Below the pieces are notes generated by a model. It did no database searches. It worked only from the letters and a program-made list of their open reading frames with translations, and was not told the DNA's origin. A stretch of 64,000 nucleotides of DNA, taken from positions 350,930 through 414,929 of the forward strand of contig NMRA01000394.1 in NCBI GenBank assembly GCA_002633005.1, written 5' to 3'. The stretch is from Phoronis australis (lineage: Eukaryota; Animalia; Phoronida). Positions 13,522-26,437 of the stretch are shown one piece after another (the stretch's first letter is position 1; each line of letters begins with the position of its first letter). Both the position numbers and the translations under genes were made by a program.

Positions 13522-15874
13522 CAGGGCTCGACATAATGAGCTGCAGGTCGCATTTGCGACCTGAAATTTGGAAATGCGAGCTGAGATTTTTGTCAGCTCG
13601 TATCGACTCGCAAAATGCGACCTGGAATTTTCAGTGTATGCGAGCTGAGTTTTTACACTTCTCAACAGATACCTGGCAAATATAAACCAACTCTTGTGAA
13701 TCCAACCGTTATTTGGTTGTTGCCAAATCCAAGTTCAAAAGAACACTAAGCGAGAACAACCCTCCCGATGACTTGTAAACAAGTCGCGTGAACATGGGAT
13801 ATGCAGAATCGATCTTTGACGCGTTTCATTGGCTAACATTTTCGGCTACTTTTGTAAATTTCTGGATTCGCCGAAGAAAGTTTCGGGCCACAGCATAACA
13901 CGTGAGAAAACAGCAGTGTTTCTATTCTTAAGTGATCAACTTACCAAACTTTGTGATGGAGAAATAAGTTTGTTTTTCGCGTAAGATGTCCTTATAACAT
14001 GTACCAAATATCCACGACAATATCCCTGATATCGCACAGCGGCACTGGTCGTGACTTAGAGATGTGCGTCTCGTCTTTTTATCGCATAAGACAGCCAAAG
14101 TGAAAATGACAACTCTATTAATCGCCAAACGACGGCCACGTGTTCACTTTCAGTTGCTTAGAAATTCTCTAACCCTTACTTGTTTCTTGGACTACGTGCG
14201 CAAAATATGATTTGTCATTCACACGTTGTTGCCAACGTAAAGTGTAGGCCTACTCTAGCGATTCAAGTGCGTGAACTTGCGCGTGCGCACCACTTCAAAG
14301 CTGCACATCAAAAGAGAACAGTGACAGTCCTAAATGAAAGGGTATACCGGCTTGGCTCTGTTAAGCACCCGGGTACGTGCCAGTGGTTTATTTGAATAAT
14401 GAGCTCGTAGATTCCCGGCGGTTATAAAAGATCCGATGCTTTACAATATTCTCCAGGACCGATATAACCCAGAACTGATATTTTCCTGTGATGATGCATG
14501 CGCGCACCCAGCCTTCAATATGGGGGGGCTCGTATTGTTAACGTTGTGGACCTTTTGGTAACAAAACAGCCGGTGGACTAAAAAAAGGCGGACGCACCAC
14601 TCTGAATTGCGCGTTTGTACTTGTTTAGCGGACTTTTGTCTCATTTTCTTGGACTTTTTGTTTCTCACAGGCGGACCTTTTTGCCCACTTCGCCAAATGG
14701 GGGGCTCATTCAAGCCACCCGAACCCCCCCCCCTGGGTGCGCTCATGCGATGCTTCCCGAGGTCGATGTTGCCTATATTCTATGCCCGTAGCCAGCTATT
14801 GCAACTAACCGGGTACTAGAGGCTAACGACTATGCTCACGCACAAGTCTACTCTCTACCTTTGAAGTGTTACATAATAAGCACTCACTGACCTACTAAGC
14901 GTTCCCCCTCAACTTTTGAAAATTTCCAATTAAGCGCCCAAAGTTCAGGCCATCACAGCGTACTACAAATGACCGCGCGTAGTTTAAAATTGACATGCAG
15001 CTTGTATAGAGTGTCGGTCTCATTTTACACAACAAATTCAAAAAACGTCTTTTCTCAATAAGTAAAAACCAAATCCCGGCTTTGTTTCATACCTCGGAAA
15101 GAAAGTTAAAACTAGTGACATGCGTGTCGTTTTGTGACTGACCCATTTTTCCCGCACTTGGAAGGTACTGAGGAGCAAACTCGAGTTAACCGATGGAAAC
15201 CCGCACGGAGTCGGGAATTATTTTGAAGCTATTCATTTCATGGAAAAAAAATTGTTGAGTACGCAAACAGCATAAGTGTCATATTTTTGAAATTTGCACT
15301 GAATTGTTCCCACGCATCCAAATACGTCATTCGGTTAGGGCACCGTTTCACGGATTTTTTTTGACAAATGTTTTTCAAACGTCTAGTTAAGTAGTAAAAT
15401 TTGGGCTGCGAACAAAAAGTGGAGGGAATTAGCACTCCTAACGACTTCGATGACACCCAGTAGCAGGTGAGAACTAACAAAATCGTGGATACTTTTTCAA
15501 CGGGCATTTTCTCCATTTTCACACTGGAGTGCACGTTTCAGTGAGAGAGCTCTGATTAAACTTTCACATAGACAACTTGCCGTGTGCTCTAGAGCCTTTC
15601 AATGGTGGTCATGAAGAACAGTAACGCCGTACCTGCATGAACGAACCCAATTTTGCGATCTGCTTTATTGTGAGTGTTTAACGCCTTAGGTAAGAGCATA
15701 TAATTAATCTTAACATTTCTCGATTATCTAAAAAGTCAATTTTGGCGCGTAAAAATGGCGAGAAAATTTTGCGACCTGGCATTTATGAATGCGAGCTGGA
15801 TTTTGAAAATGCGAACTGGGATATTGGCTAGATCGCAAATTGCGACCTGGCGATTTTAATAGCGTCGAGCCCTG
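13522..15874. mobile_element. Non-autonomous TIR DNA transposon (hAT-like ends, 5-bp TSD)
   Basis: Perfect 11-bp TIR CAGGGCTCGAC/GTCGAGCCCTG; TSD ATTGG at 13517-13521 and 15875-15879; subterminal tgcgacctg/atgcgagctg repeats at both ends; the host repeat rejoins across it. Confidence 0.88.
14497..14747. mobile_element. MITE nested in the 13522-15874 element
   Basis: TIR catgcgcgcacccag/ctgggtgcgctcatg; flanks tgatg/cgatg; relatives at 37611-37725 and about 43570-43616. Confidence 0.75.
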
Positions 15875-16570
15875 ATTGGCAATGAGGTCTTGCCAGTTAA
15901 TTTCGCCAAGTGTCACTCCTTCGAGCGCTTTCATTACTTAGGCATAAGGGTTGGTACTTGGTTTAGGCTAGCCAGCCAGCTAACTGTATGATGACTGTCG
16001 TCAAAATACAGCTAGCTGTATATTGTAGTGAGACGTCACTTGACCTGTCTCACTGCTGCGCTGGCCTTCTGCCGCGCGCGCCCTCTGTCGGCATCGAGAG
16101 ACGACTGCTGTTCGTCTTGGAGACTGCCGACGTTGGCTGTCCGGCCCATATGCCGGTAATGGCCAATGAGGGCGCATCATGAATATTAATTAAGCGGCCC
16201 TGCGGCCGATACACATGTTTGGATGCAGAGTGGCATTCGATACCCAGACCACACACCAAAGCAGAACTATTGAGCTCGACCACGGACAACTAAGATGTAA
16301 GGTAAGACACCTTTGAAGAATCACTACAATATTTATAATACCAAGGCTAGGTTTAGGCCTACCATATAGGCTACAGCAAACACATTTGACACTTTAAAAC
16401 CTATCTCAACAAGTGTGTAGTCGAGATCAAATTTAAATCGGTTTACAGACCTACTAGGGTACGTGTTGACTTGGGTTTTGGTCGACCTGGATACTGGATA
16501 GGATCTGACCTGTGACAGTGAGCCTGGCGACTGGCCGCGGGACTCGAAACTGCATTGAATACTAACTTAC

Positions 16571-16735
16571 CTTTAACGCACTGGTCATTAGCAAGTCTCA
16601 ATATGAAGAGGCTGTGGTTCAGCGCAAATAAAATGCTAACTTAGCTGAAAACAGCTGCAAATTAGCAACAGATTGAGCAAATTTGACCCACATGAACGCC
16701 GGATAGACAACCATTTTCCTATCACGTGACCTGAA
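16571..16735 (-). promoter_or_regulatory. Probable non-coding first exon / CpG-rich promoter of the DIPK1-like gene
   Basis: Strong minus-strand donor AAAG|gtaagt at 16571/16570; TCACGTGAC E-box near 16722-16730; lies in CpG-rich DNA just beyond the CpG-poor gene body. Inference only. Confidence 0.4.
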
Positions 16736-19700
16736 GGATTCCCTCACCTCGCTTTGGTAAACGGGAAATGCCGCTTGAGCAGGTTCGATGCACTCAGTGT
16801 CTATAACTCTTCGTCAAGGGTCAAAGAACGTTTATGTCAAACGACATGGGTATTGCAAAACTTAGTGTTTTTTCTTCATTCGTCTTTTTATTTAGGTTTA
16901 GATTGCTACAAATAGGTGGTTATGAGACAATTAAAAAATCCCAAGAAAATTACCCCGGTCAAGCCTCAGCGAACCGCAACTTCACTGAGTTGAGGACAGT
17001 AGGCCTAGATCGACGAGCCGCGCCTGCTTTCTTCCCATGCAGCCGAGATCTTTTTTACCTCTACCTGCACAATTTCCGAAGGAATCCACCGTGACACACG
17101 TGTCCTCGAAGGTAAAACGGCTGCAATAATCGCAGAATTCTTTTTTCTTTTTTTTCCTAAACAAGAATGAATGGACTCGACAGCTAGACACAGTCCAAGA
17201 GTTATTATCTCTGAGGCGATGGATGTTACAGGTGTGTCGCCGGTGACTTTCCAGCAGTCACTGGTACGGTGCGCGGCTGTACTGCTATGCGGCTGGGTTT
17301 AAGATATTTTACAGGCCTAACTATACTTAATTCCCGTACCAGGACTATTTTCAAAAAGATGTTGACTTGTTTACGATTGGGAAAGTCAGACCTTCAAGTC
17401 CGTTATTTCCCGGCGGCTACCGATAATCGTTTTTAGGGTTTCAGGCTTTTGTTTAGTACAGTCTCACGGTTTTGATTCAGTGTTTGGGCCGCATGTCTCA
17501 ATGTGCTACGGCACACAAACATTTTTTGTTGGTTTCATGACCAATTTAATAATTTTTCTTCTTTAATTATAAGCCATCACTTTTGCTGCCCAATAATCAT
17601 AAGCTTATAACATTTATCAAAATTGAAAAACTGGTACCCGATTATTACATCATCGTCAGGTCACTTTTTAACGTTAGTGGTTTTATGCTATCGCAAAATT
17701 AGGAGGCGAGAGGCAATTGAGTCCGGTTTCTCCGTGAGTGACCCTATAAGAAAAAGGCTTAAATAAGAAAAATGAGAAACGGGAGAGCCACGGATGCCAC
17801 CATTGACAGGGAACCAATCCAGATGCTCGGATTCTTATCAGACGATTTCAGACATGAACGGGAAAAGATATGGTGACAAATTACTCCAGTATCCTTTGCC
17901 ATAAAGATATATCTTTGTATATCATCTCCTAAAAATTGTCATATCGAGTTTGCTGTGAAACATCTTTACATAACAAGTTGTCTTGGGCTGTTACAAAGTA
18001 GGTGTGAAAAGATGTACAGTTTAAGTGAGCATTAAAACAACCCGCATACTGCAAAAATGGGAACACCCTAAGAAAGTAAAAATGTCTGAGACCAAACTGT
18101 TAGTCCAGCATCCAATGGCGGCTGTTCCTTCGCGGTCGTTGTCCCGCCCGTGTCCCATACGTTTCTGTTAAGCCCCCTGGCGGGTGTAGCGCCCCCTCAG
18201 CTTCATGAACTGTCAAGTACATAGTGCAAATTTATTATGAGGGTCTTCCAAAAGGCCGGGACACTTGAGACAGGGAAAGATGTATACTTTCACATGAACA
18301 GGATATCAATGGCAGTAGCCTACTTCATCAAACGCCACCCTCCGAGAGCGTTCCCCTTGAGAGGAGAGTAAAATAATACGATTAATAGTTTGACGGATGA
18401 AGTCACCATCGGAGGCCACCGTCTTAGATTCCCCTGGCACTAAAGGGACTTTGATATGAAAGGGTATCGTTTGGAAAATAAGAAAAAAGACAACAATACT
18501 GACGCTATCATCAAGTTCCCGTCCGTGACGGAACAATAAATATTTAAAAACGGTAAAGCAATCAACTCCTTTACCAGAGAGCGATTGCGAAAGGAACGGG
18601 GCCTCTGCCTTACAGGAATTTTATTTGCGTCTTTGTGTTTCTCTATAGCTGCCATTTTGAAAACCATTGTAATTTACCGTATTTATCATAAAACGTTGAC
18701 TTGTTTCAGTTATTCTGTCTCAACAGACTGCTTTGATATATGACGGGGACACTATAACTACACTTTTCCATTTTCGAAATTAGCAACGAAGAATAAATTT
18801 TATAGATGACTCAGTTTAAATTTAGGTTATGGCCAATTGTTTTTCTAAAGAGGAGAAAGAGTGGTCAACTTTTATGAAGCACTTAGCATTCAAACTTCAA
18901 AGCATACACGTATACGTTATAATGCTAGCGAATATAATACCATGGTACGAGTTGGACATATTTTATATAATGTATCAAGTAACTAGGGAATCGTTCTCTT
19001 TGGATTTACTTCATACCTACTGTTTTTTTTTCTTTGCCCTTAAGGCTCGCATTTACGCCGAGAAAGCATTTTCTACAGGAAATGTGTCTTTTGGAATTTC
19101 ATTGAAATAATTGTGAATATCAAGTTTTCTCTAACTTTCGAAAAGCTAGGTAAATCCAAGTGCGTGCAGAAGACACAAATTACAAAAAAATAATAAATGA
19201 GACTCCCCAACAAAAATGGCAAAGTTACCCCCAAACTGTAAATTAAGCGAAAACTTGGTTGTGACTGCCATAGGCGGACTAGATGGGACAGCTGATCCCA
19301 TATTGGTGAACGAGAGACATCGCAAACTCTGTATAAATGGATGTTACCAGAAATGTATTCTGATAATATGAACATGTATATGCAGAGGTAAACTGAGATT
19401 AAATAAGGTTCGTGCATCAATTTATCACACGGCGGGCATTGCCACTGACAAGAAAATCACCTAGTAAATGTTCGGCCAAAAAACCGCAGAATCAAGACAT
19501 ATGCCATGCAAGCGGCCAAAAAATTTATGTGATACTGTTTTGAAAACAACAAATAGGCTTTTTCCTAATCGGAAGGATTAAATTTTGGAAAATTGACGAC
19601 GACTACTACATGTATTAGTGATGGAATGAGATACAGGTGTCACGGTATTTGAATGTCAAAAACGTGGATGTTAAATCCGAAAGTATTTGTTCTGAAAACA

Positions 19701-20911
19701 GTTATAAGGAAAGCGATAAATCACCCTGTGCTGACCAAACTGTTGCAAGTGAGATTGTAGCACGTTCATCTCGCCGTCCCGCTCCAGGATAACTTTCCCC
19801 GTATCTGGTCACATTTCTTTGCTCGCGGACGGACAAAACCCGCTGCCGCTCATTATTAACAAACATTATCAATATATCAGCATTTGTTTTTGTTTTTTTT
19901 CTTTTTCATAGCTTAAGGCAGTACTTGTGAAATGGTTCTGTTTAAAACGAATAGTAGAAATGTGTTCACAAGTAGAGACTTTCATTCACATTTGATTTCT
20001 TCGTCGGGATTTAAGTTATGGGAAGTGTCGATCCACTACAAGGGAACGGTGTGCGAAGCTATAGAACTAAGTGCCAGTCGCGGTACATGGGATAATGTGC
20101 GCGTCAGGCCAGCCGCCGTGGGTAGGGACAAATAGGTGCCTCGATTAAAATGTTCACAAAAAATAGTACCATGGAGTTCACGTGGTTTCTGAATTGCAAT
20201 CGTACATTTAGTGCACTAAGCATTCTAAGAAATTGGTTTTGATTAATTCTTTATGCAGGTTGAGTACATCATTCTGAAATAAATTGGCGTATCGGTGTAG
20301 TTGATGATATTCAGTCACCATCTATCTGATTTTACCTCGTTACAATTAAGTTACCGAGCTAGACTTCGGGGTGGGGGTGGGATTGGTAACGTCGACTCGG
20401 AAACGCAGAGATCGAGTGTTGGGGAAGAGGAATTTGCAAAGTTGGGGCGATCGCCGGTGGGTGCGAAAAACGTTCCGAACTTGGCGACCTATCGACTATG
20501 GGAGAGTCTCGGCAAAGGTCGAATCTGTCTGTGACCCTAATGAACATTGACACTTCTGGCCCTTATGAGTAGAAACCTACGAGGAAGCGAACTGTGGGTT
20601 ATATTGCATTGTCAAAGTGGATTGAAGCCCGTGGCTGAGAACTTAAGACCGGTGATTTGCGATATCGTCGTCAGTGTTCTAAAGAAGCAATCCCCGCTTT
20701 ATTCAATAAGCATCCATACAAAAGCGCGCCCAATCTCGCAAATACGCGCCACCTAAAGGAGACTTTACGGGTGAATGGCCAAAGATAGAGGTTGCCTGAT
20801 TTAGTCACCTGAGGTTTGCTGTAGTTGTGTAGAGTAGAAGTACTATTGGTAGTGTCGTATCCAGAACTCTTACAAACCTCTCACCTACAAGAACGACTGG
20901 AGGGAGAGGCC

Positions 20912-21079
20912 ATGAGTGAAGACGCTGAGAAGGGCCCTGAACAAGCTCCTGCTAGCGAACCGACACCGGCACCGGCAAGCAGTACACGTAGTGTCAACCA
21001 GCCCCCTCCAAGAGGACCTATAAAACTCGATAAGGGTTACGTAATCACGCTACCTGCGCTAATTAAAGTAGCAGAATTG
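20912..21079 (+). CDS. MARVEL-domain protein (CMTM/plasmolipin-like), exon 1
   Basis: gccATGa start; MSEDAEK...LDKGYVITLPALIKVAEL matches the MARVEL N-terminal pattern; donor TTG|gtgagt, phase 0. Confidence 0.88.
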
Positions 21080-22482
21080 GTGAGTGGTGTCATCTTTGTT
21101 ATCTGTCCATCTGCGCTACAGACATCGTCGTCATAATCAGGCGATCATTGCTATTTGTTGTGACAAGGTCAACTTCATTTACCTGTAACTAGGTCACAAT
21201 GTACACCTGGGTTTTATTTGAATGAGCGTGTACAACCGTTCGGCGGAACAAAAATTGGTCACGCAATGGAACTTGCGTGGAGATGATATGAAACTATGTG
21301 AGGTTTGAATCATTTCTCGTCTGAAAGATTTGCTTGTAAATTTTATCAACTATCGGAATTTTCGAAGTATTCCGGAATATCACGGCCATGCAGAGTTAGA
21401 ATTTGTGCAGTACATTTTAAACCTTTACTCAACCGTAGTACTCACCTCAATGTATACTGACAATCGATGCCAGCTCCAGACAAATCACGTTACGTAATCC
21501 TATTGCCCTAGTCTATGGATTACCAATTGTTCAACTTGTAACCTCGCCGTGTGGTTCATTCAAACCAAAAGCTTCTCCCTCACAAGACGTTTACATGTAC
21601 ATTTCATACTGTTGTACCAACTGATCTCTTTCAAACTGCGTTTACTGATTAGACGCATAAACGTAAATCCCACTTACGTTGCCTTTTGAATTTTCCTCAT
21701 TGTTGACAAACAAAAAACATTCATTGCACTTTACAAGCTGAACGCTTCAGAAACTGATTCTGTGTTCAATCCCAGGTTAATAACCTTAATTTCAATAGGA
21801 TGCTGAGACTGGTGCTTTCGTGGCATTTTGTCCAGTTTTAGTTGGCATACTTCTCGTGTTTAAAAAATCCCTTATATCTGTTGCAGCTAAAATGCAAACA
21901 AGGTTACTCTGTTAAGCATAAACTTGGAATCCTGCTTAATCTCAAGATCACGTATGCGTGAACTTGGAATACAAGAGGAAACTTGGAAATTTTCACTTAA
22001 GTAATTACGTTCACGTTGAAAAAAAAAAATGCACTGCTCTAATTCAAGTTCCAACAAACCGTTTTTCAACTATTGTCGATCTTATTCACCATACAATATT
22101 TGATTTAACCCCTTCACGTATTCCACTGATTCTTTGACACACGGTAAAGGAGAAAATAGGTGATCGTAAAGGCCAATAATTACAAAAATTTTGTACACTG
22201 AACAAAAGATTTTCACCCGATTGCCCTAATGAATATTCAGTTCTAAGTTCACGCATGCACAGTGTTGATATAAAGCAGAATTTCAATTTCACGCACAGCA
22301 AATTCCTCCACAAAGTTGTCTCAAACCTTTCCACAAACCTTGATAGAAATTAAATTCTATCCCCAAATATCAAGGTTCCTAAACTAAAAGGTCAACGGAC
22401 TCATAAACGCGGGCACGGACGCATGAACACGACTCACGGACCTGCAATATACGATCCACATAAACAATAACAATCGGTTTAA

Positions 22483-23562
22483 AGGCGAAGGCAACCTTTT
22501 TCATGTCATTTTTAGCAAAAATAAGGTTCGCTGATTATCCCAGACAAATTTTTCACTTATTTACTGCTTTTCGTAATTCAATTAATTACTCGTCATTTAC
22601 TCTGGAAGTAACGTTTTGGGAGAAAATAATTTCGCGCCAATTTCTTTTCATATAGTCTCACTGTGAGAGCAGTCGAGTCAGTCATTGTTCTACCTCGGTT
22701 GTGATAAGTTCGGTCGTCGTTTGCTTTTGCTTACGAGTCAGTCAACATGCCACGCTGTTGCTGCGTACTGGGGTGTTCTCATTATCGTCTCACGTACAGA
22801 TGAAGAACTGTCCCACTTGCCCGAGTGTCCCGTGACACACTCCCACTGGGGGGTGATCTGAGCACCCAAACTGCTTTCATCCCGCCGTGTGACTCCCTCG
22901 CCACACACCTGGCACCTTCTAAATAGCTCCAATACAAGTCCACAATAAACTTATCAAACTTAGGCTCACCGATCTGTTCATTGGATGACGAACTGTCCTC
23001 TTCACTGGGTGTCGAACTGGGCCTGTATTCACTCCCACTACTCAACATCGCTGCAGGGCTGCTTACAGGCTCTGGGCTAGAGACAACAGCACAGGGCGAA
23101 TCACTGCTCGTTCCCGGAATTGCACGCAATGGGGTACGTTCGGAGGCACGGGTGACAGAAGATGAAGTGCCTCCAGTCACTGTACATAGTGGCCACAGCT
23201 CGCGAGGCTTCTCGCTTCAAAAAAGCACTTCTCGGGGTTGGCGGCGGGGCACTGCAGGACATCAACGACGGTATGGTACCCTTCTTCAAGCGTTGTTTCG
23301 CAGGGACCTTCTTCAATTCAGCGTACATATCTCTGTCGTAATCTGACGGCAGAAAATGCTAGCCACACGCTCGGTAACCCACTGCTTCGTACGTTGCGTA
23401 GACGAGTAGCACTGCGTTCTTCACATGAACGATCTAGCCAAGTACGGCGAAGTGTGTCATCCTTCGGAAAGCGACGCAAGGTACCCAAAGCGCGTGTGAG
23501 ACGATAATGAATGGAACGGCATGAGAATTTTCGGACGGATCCGGCTATTAGTGTGCCCCCTT
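22483..23562 (-). mobile_element. Degenerate THAP-domain transposon relic, probably Kolobok (T2-like), in MARVEL intron 1
   Basis: Frameshifted and stop-containing THAP (RRFPKDDTLRRTW...C.*HFLPSDYDRDMYAEL...RLKKGTIPSL), followed by KFIV..ELFRRCQVCG...C..GHSGKWDSS; left end TTAA|AGG; the right end (cccccttttaa) is less certain. Confidence 0.72.
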
Positions 23563-23566
23563 TTAA

Positions 23567-25190
23567 AAGGCAATTTTAGTTTTTGTGTTTGCTTCTGTAT
23601 CTTCAGAGCTTCTTGACGAATTTTCATGAAATTTGACAAATAGGTACAAGTTAAGGTGTCGACGTTGCCTTCTCAACGTATTCTGCGCCACTTAGCGGTC
23701 TTTCCTACTGTTTTTGATGAAATTTTATATTGTGTTCCCACTGAGAAGAGGACGGCTCGCGATAACTTTCGGACGGCTTCGACTACTTTGACTCCCTCCT
23801 AATGGAGTTTGTGCGTCTGCGGCTGTATCGTTGAAACCAGTTTCGGGAACAATGTTAAATTTTATAAGTATATTTGTAATAAAATAACAACGGATGGTGA
23901 CGACTTTTTGGCCCCTTAGTGACAATTTCACTGTTTTATTAAGTTTTCCCTTGCATGTTTAAAGTTCCTTGATGGATCACTACGTTTTTATACTAGGAAA
24001 GGCATAGCTGACAATAATTTTCGAACGGTTCCGACTACTGTGACATCCCCTTGTTGCAGAATTTTCTCGTCCGCGATTTTATCTCTTCAACTTCTTGCAG
24101 GGTCTTAATTAAATTTGTTCTGTATTCTTAAGCACGTGACAACGGATGCCAATTTCCTTTTTTTAAGTTTTCCTCTGTATCTTCGGATTTCGTTTATGGA
24201 TAATCATGAAATAGGGCAAATTGGTGTGTATTAAAAAGACAATAACAACTTCCCGTTTTCGGTTGGACTCGACGTATTTTATGTAAGCTAGTGGCCATTT
24301 TTATGCTCCAACATATTTATATGTGGACGTATTACAGGGGCGGATCCAGGATTTTAAGTTAGGGGGGGGGTCAGGACAGATTATTAGCCAGGATTTTGGC
24401 CGTCAGACATTCACACCCCCGAACNGGCCATGGCCCCCTCTAAATGCGCCATTGCATTATGCCGTCATCTCCGTCGGTCCGTCCGTCCGGCGTCCGTCCG
24501 TCCGGTGTCCGCTGTGCCCACAAGTGGCAATTTCATTTTGTTCTGTTTTCCTTTGTTTCTCTGAAGTTTCTTGACAGATTTTTGTGAAATATGGCATGTG
24601 CCCGTTTTTGGATGGATTGTACGTTTTTGCGCCATCTAGTGGCCATTTTTATGATACAAATAACCCTAAAAGCACACCATTTGCGATATATTCGTGGGCG
24701 CATTTCAACGGTCCGCGTTGCTCTTGTTTATTAATTTTGAGACTGGTTTTTGGCGTCTGCCTCTCTATCGCCTAAATCTGTCTTGAAAAGTGCATGGCTG
24801 AGATGACGACTGTTGTAGCGGAATTTTATTGTTTTACTTGTTTCTCAATACAAGATGATGGATCGTCATGAAATTTGGCGCGTGTTTCTATTGAGGAAAA
24901 TACAACTGACGTGGATTTTGGGACAAACCCGACAACTGCAAAGCTGGCTAATGGCAATTCTTGTTTTCCTTTACGTTTCCGTTTACCAAGTTCCTTGATG
25001 AATGCTCGTGAAATTTGGCAAATAAGTTACTATCACGCAGATGCTATTTAGTAGCACCGCTACGTTTAGTGGGAATGTTTATAACAAAGTTCAAATCTGG
25101 AGCGGCACCATGTACGATGCGCACGGTTGGTGCATATGAACGCCCCGAGTTGCTCCTGTTCATCAATGAGAAATAATTGTTTCGTCAAAT
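23567..25190. repeat. Degenerate internally repetitive element family (gaaatttg / gcgccatctagtggccatttt modules); relative at about 31880-32200
   Basis: Recurrent modules ttcttgacg.attttcatgaaatttg, cgtccgtc microrepeats and gcgcca.ctagtggccatttt. Confidence 0.6.
24335..24454. mobile_element. Short G/C-tract MITE (caggggcggatccagg...gcgccattg)
   Basis: Imperfect TIR; flanks tatta/catta; related element at 40709-40836 and similar starts near 39262 and 41139. Confidence 0.6.
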
Positions 25191-25214
25191 GTAAATTAAT
25201 CAATTATGTTTCAG

Positions 25215-25382
25215 GTGATCGCCATCGTTTGCCTTGGATGTGTCGGTAGTAGTGCTTTCATACATGGTGCCCAGGGATTCTTCATTTTTGTCGCCGTGAT
25301 AGGGTTCATCATAACACTGTTTCTGTACATTCTCTTCTTGCTAGGACTTGTGGATTGGATCAATTTCCCATGGGAATTCATC
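25215..25382 (+). CDS. MARVEL-domain protein, exon 2
   Basis: Acceptor tttcag|; reads VIAIVCLGCV...FFIFVAVIGFIITLFLYILFLLGL...INFPWEFI; donor |gtaagt; covers TM1-TM2. Confidence 0.9.
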
Positions 25383-25906
25383 GTAAGTATAAAACGTGCG
25401 ATGCCCATTCAACTTCCATAATCTCCTCGCGCTCTGTTTTGAATGTAGATTTAGGATATCTCAAACCTTATTCACAAAAATTGGCTATTTTTACAATATT
25501 TCACATATGTCTAGCAAAATATTTCATATTAATTCTCGGGTACTTCAAGTATTAAAAAAAGATTTAGCAAAATCACCTTGGAACCGCACAACCGCGTGGA
25601 AATTTGTTTACTACTCATCCGAGGTCAAAGGTTACGGGGCAGTCACTCAAATCGAATTTCCCACCAGGCACACAGCAGCCCCGTATGTACCCTCATTCCT
25701 TTCATCCACCACAACATTGCGTCAACGACGAGTACATATGTTAGAAAGATGCCGGGGAAAACGAAGACAAAACGTAGTTTTGATCCTGAGGGAGTTTTTG
25801 TGTCTGCATGCGTACGACCGTTGAGAACGAACCCAACAAGTTGTTAAAAGAGAAAATTTCTCTCCCAAATTCCTTAATTCGCTGTTTTGATCTCATGCTC
25901 ACGACT

Positions 25907-26437
25907 AGACAGTGACAACAGCTTTTAGCTGGCCGGAAGCTTTTGGCCGAATAATGCCTCACACCGACTAAAACATCAGTGTCACATTCTTCTAAATACC
26001 TTTTGCGCATAGAGGGACACCTTAGGAGACCGTCTCAAACTCGAATAAATATTCCCGTAATCAAACTTTTTCTTGGAGCAGACCCTCGTTCAGTTCCCAA
26101 AATCGGTAACTGGCCATTTTTCCACTGCGCACGCCAGGGGATATAACACCATTCCACCTGCCACGTGCATTGCTAAAAATGGCCAGTTTCCGATTTTGGG
26201 AAGTGAACGAAAGCCTGCTCGAAGAAAAAGTTTGATAACGAGATTATTTGTTAGAGTTGAAAGGATGGCATATTTTAAGATGCATAGAGGTGTCCCTCTA
26301 TGCGCAAAAGCTACTTATAACTTGACTTTGATTTTTTAATCAGTGAGAGGCATAATTCGCTGAATAGCTTCCGGCTGATGAAGCTATAGGAGCTATACCA
26401 TTTTTACTGAGCCAGCTAGGAACGGTGGTCACTGTCG
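25907..26437. mobile_element. Long-TIR element with an 11-bp direct flank and a TA-flanked MITE (25999-26311) at its centre
   Basis: Direct repeat tgctcacgact at 25896-25906 and 26438-26448; outer arms gacagtgac...gccggaagct...atgcctc are inverted; the inner element has a perfect TIR CTTTTGCGCATAGAGGGACACCT. Confidence 0.75.

Noticed and set aside
12411-13685. Hydrophobic ORFs (132 aa and 114 aa) with similar starts, looking like duplicated membrane genes
   Set aside because: They arise from a non-coding tandem repeat with (cat)n tracts; frames are not conserved between copies.
16020-16310. GC-rich patch ending in a plus-strand aag|gtaaga donor-like site (possible antisense transcript)
   Set aside because: No coding signal or downstream exon could be linked; unsupported without RNA data.
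22981-23507. Plus-strand ORFs of 121 aa and 89 aa
   Set aside because: Antisense shadows of the THAP transposon relic.
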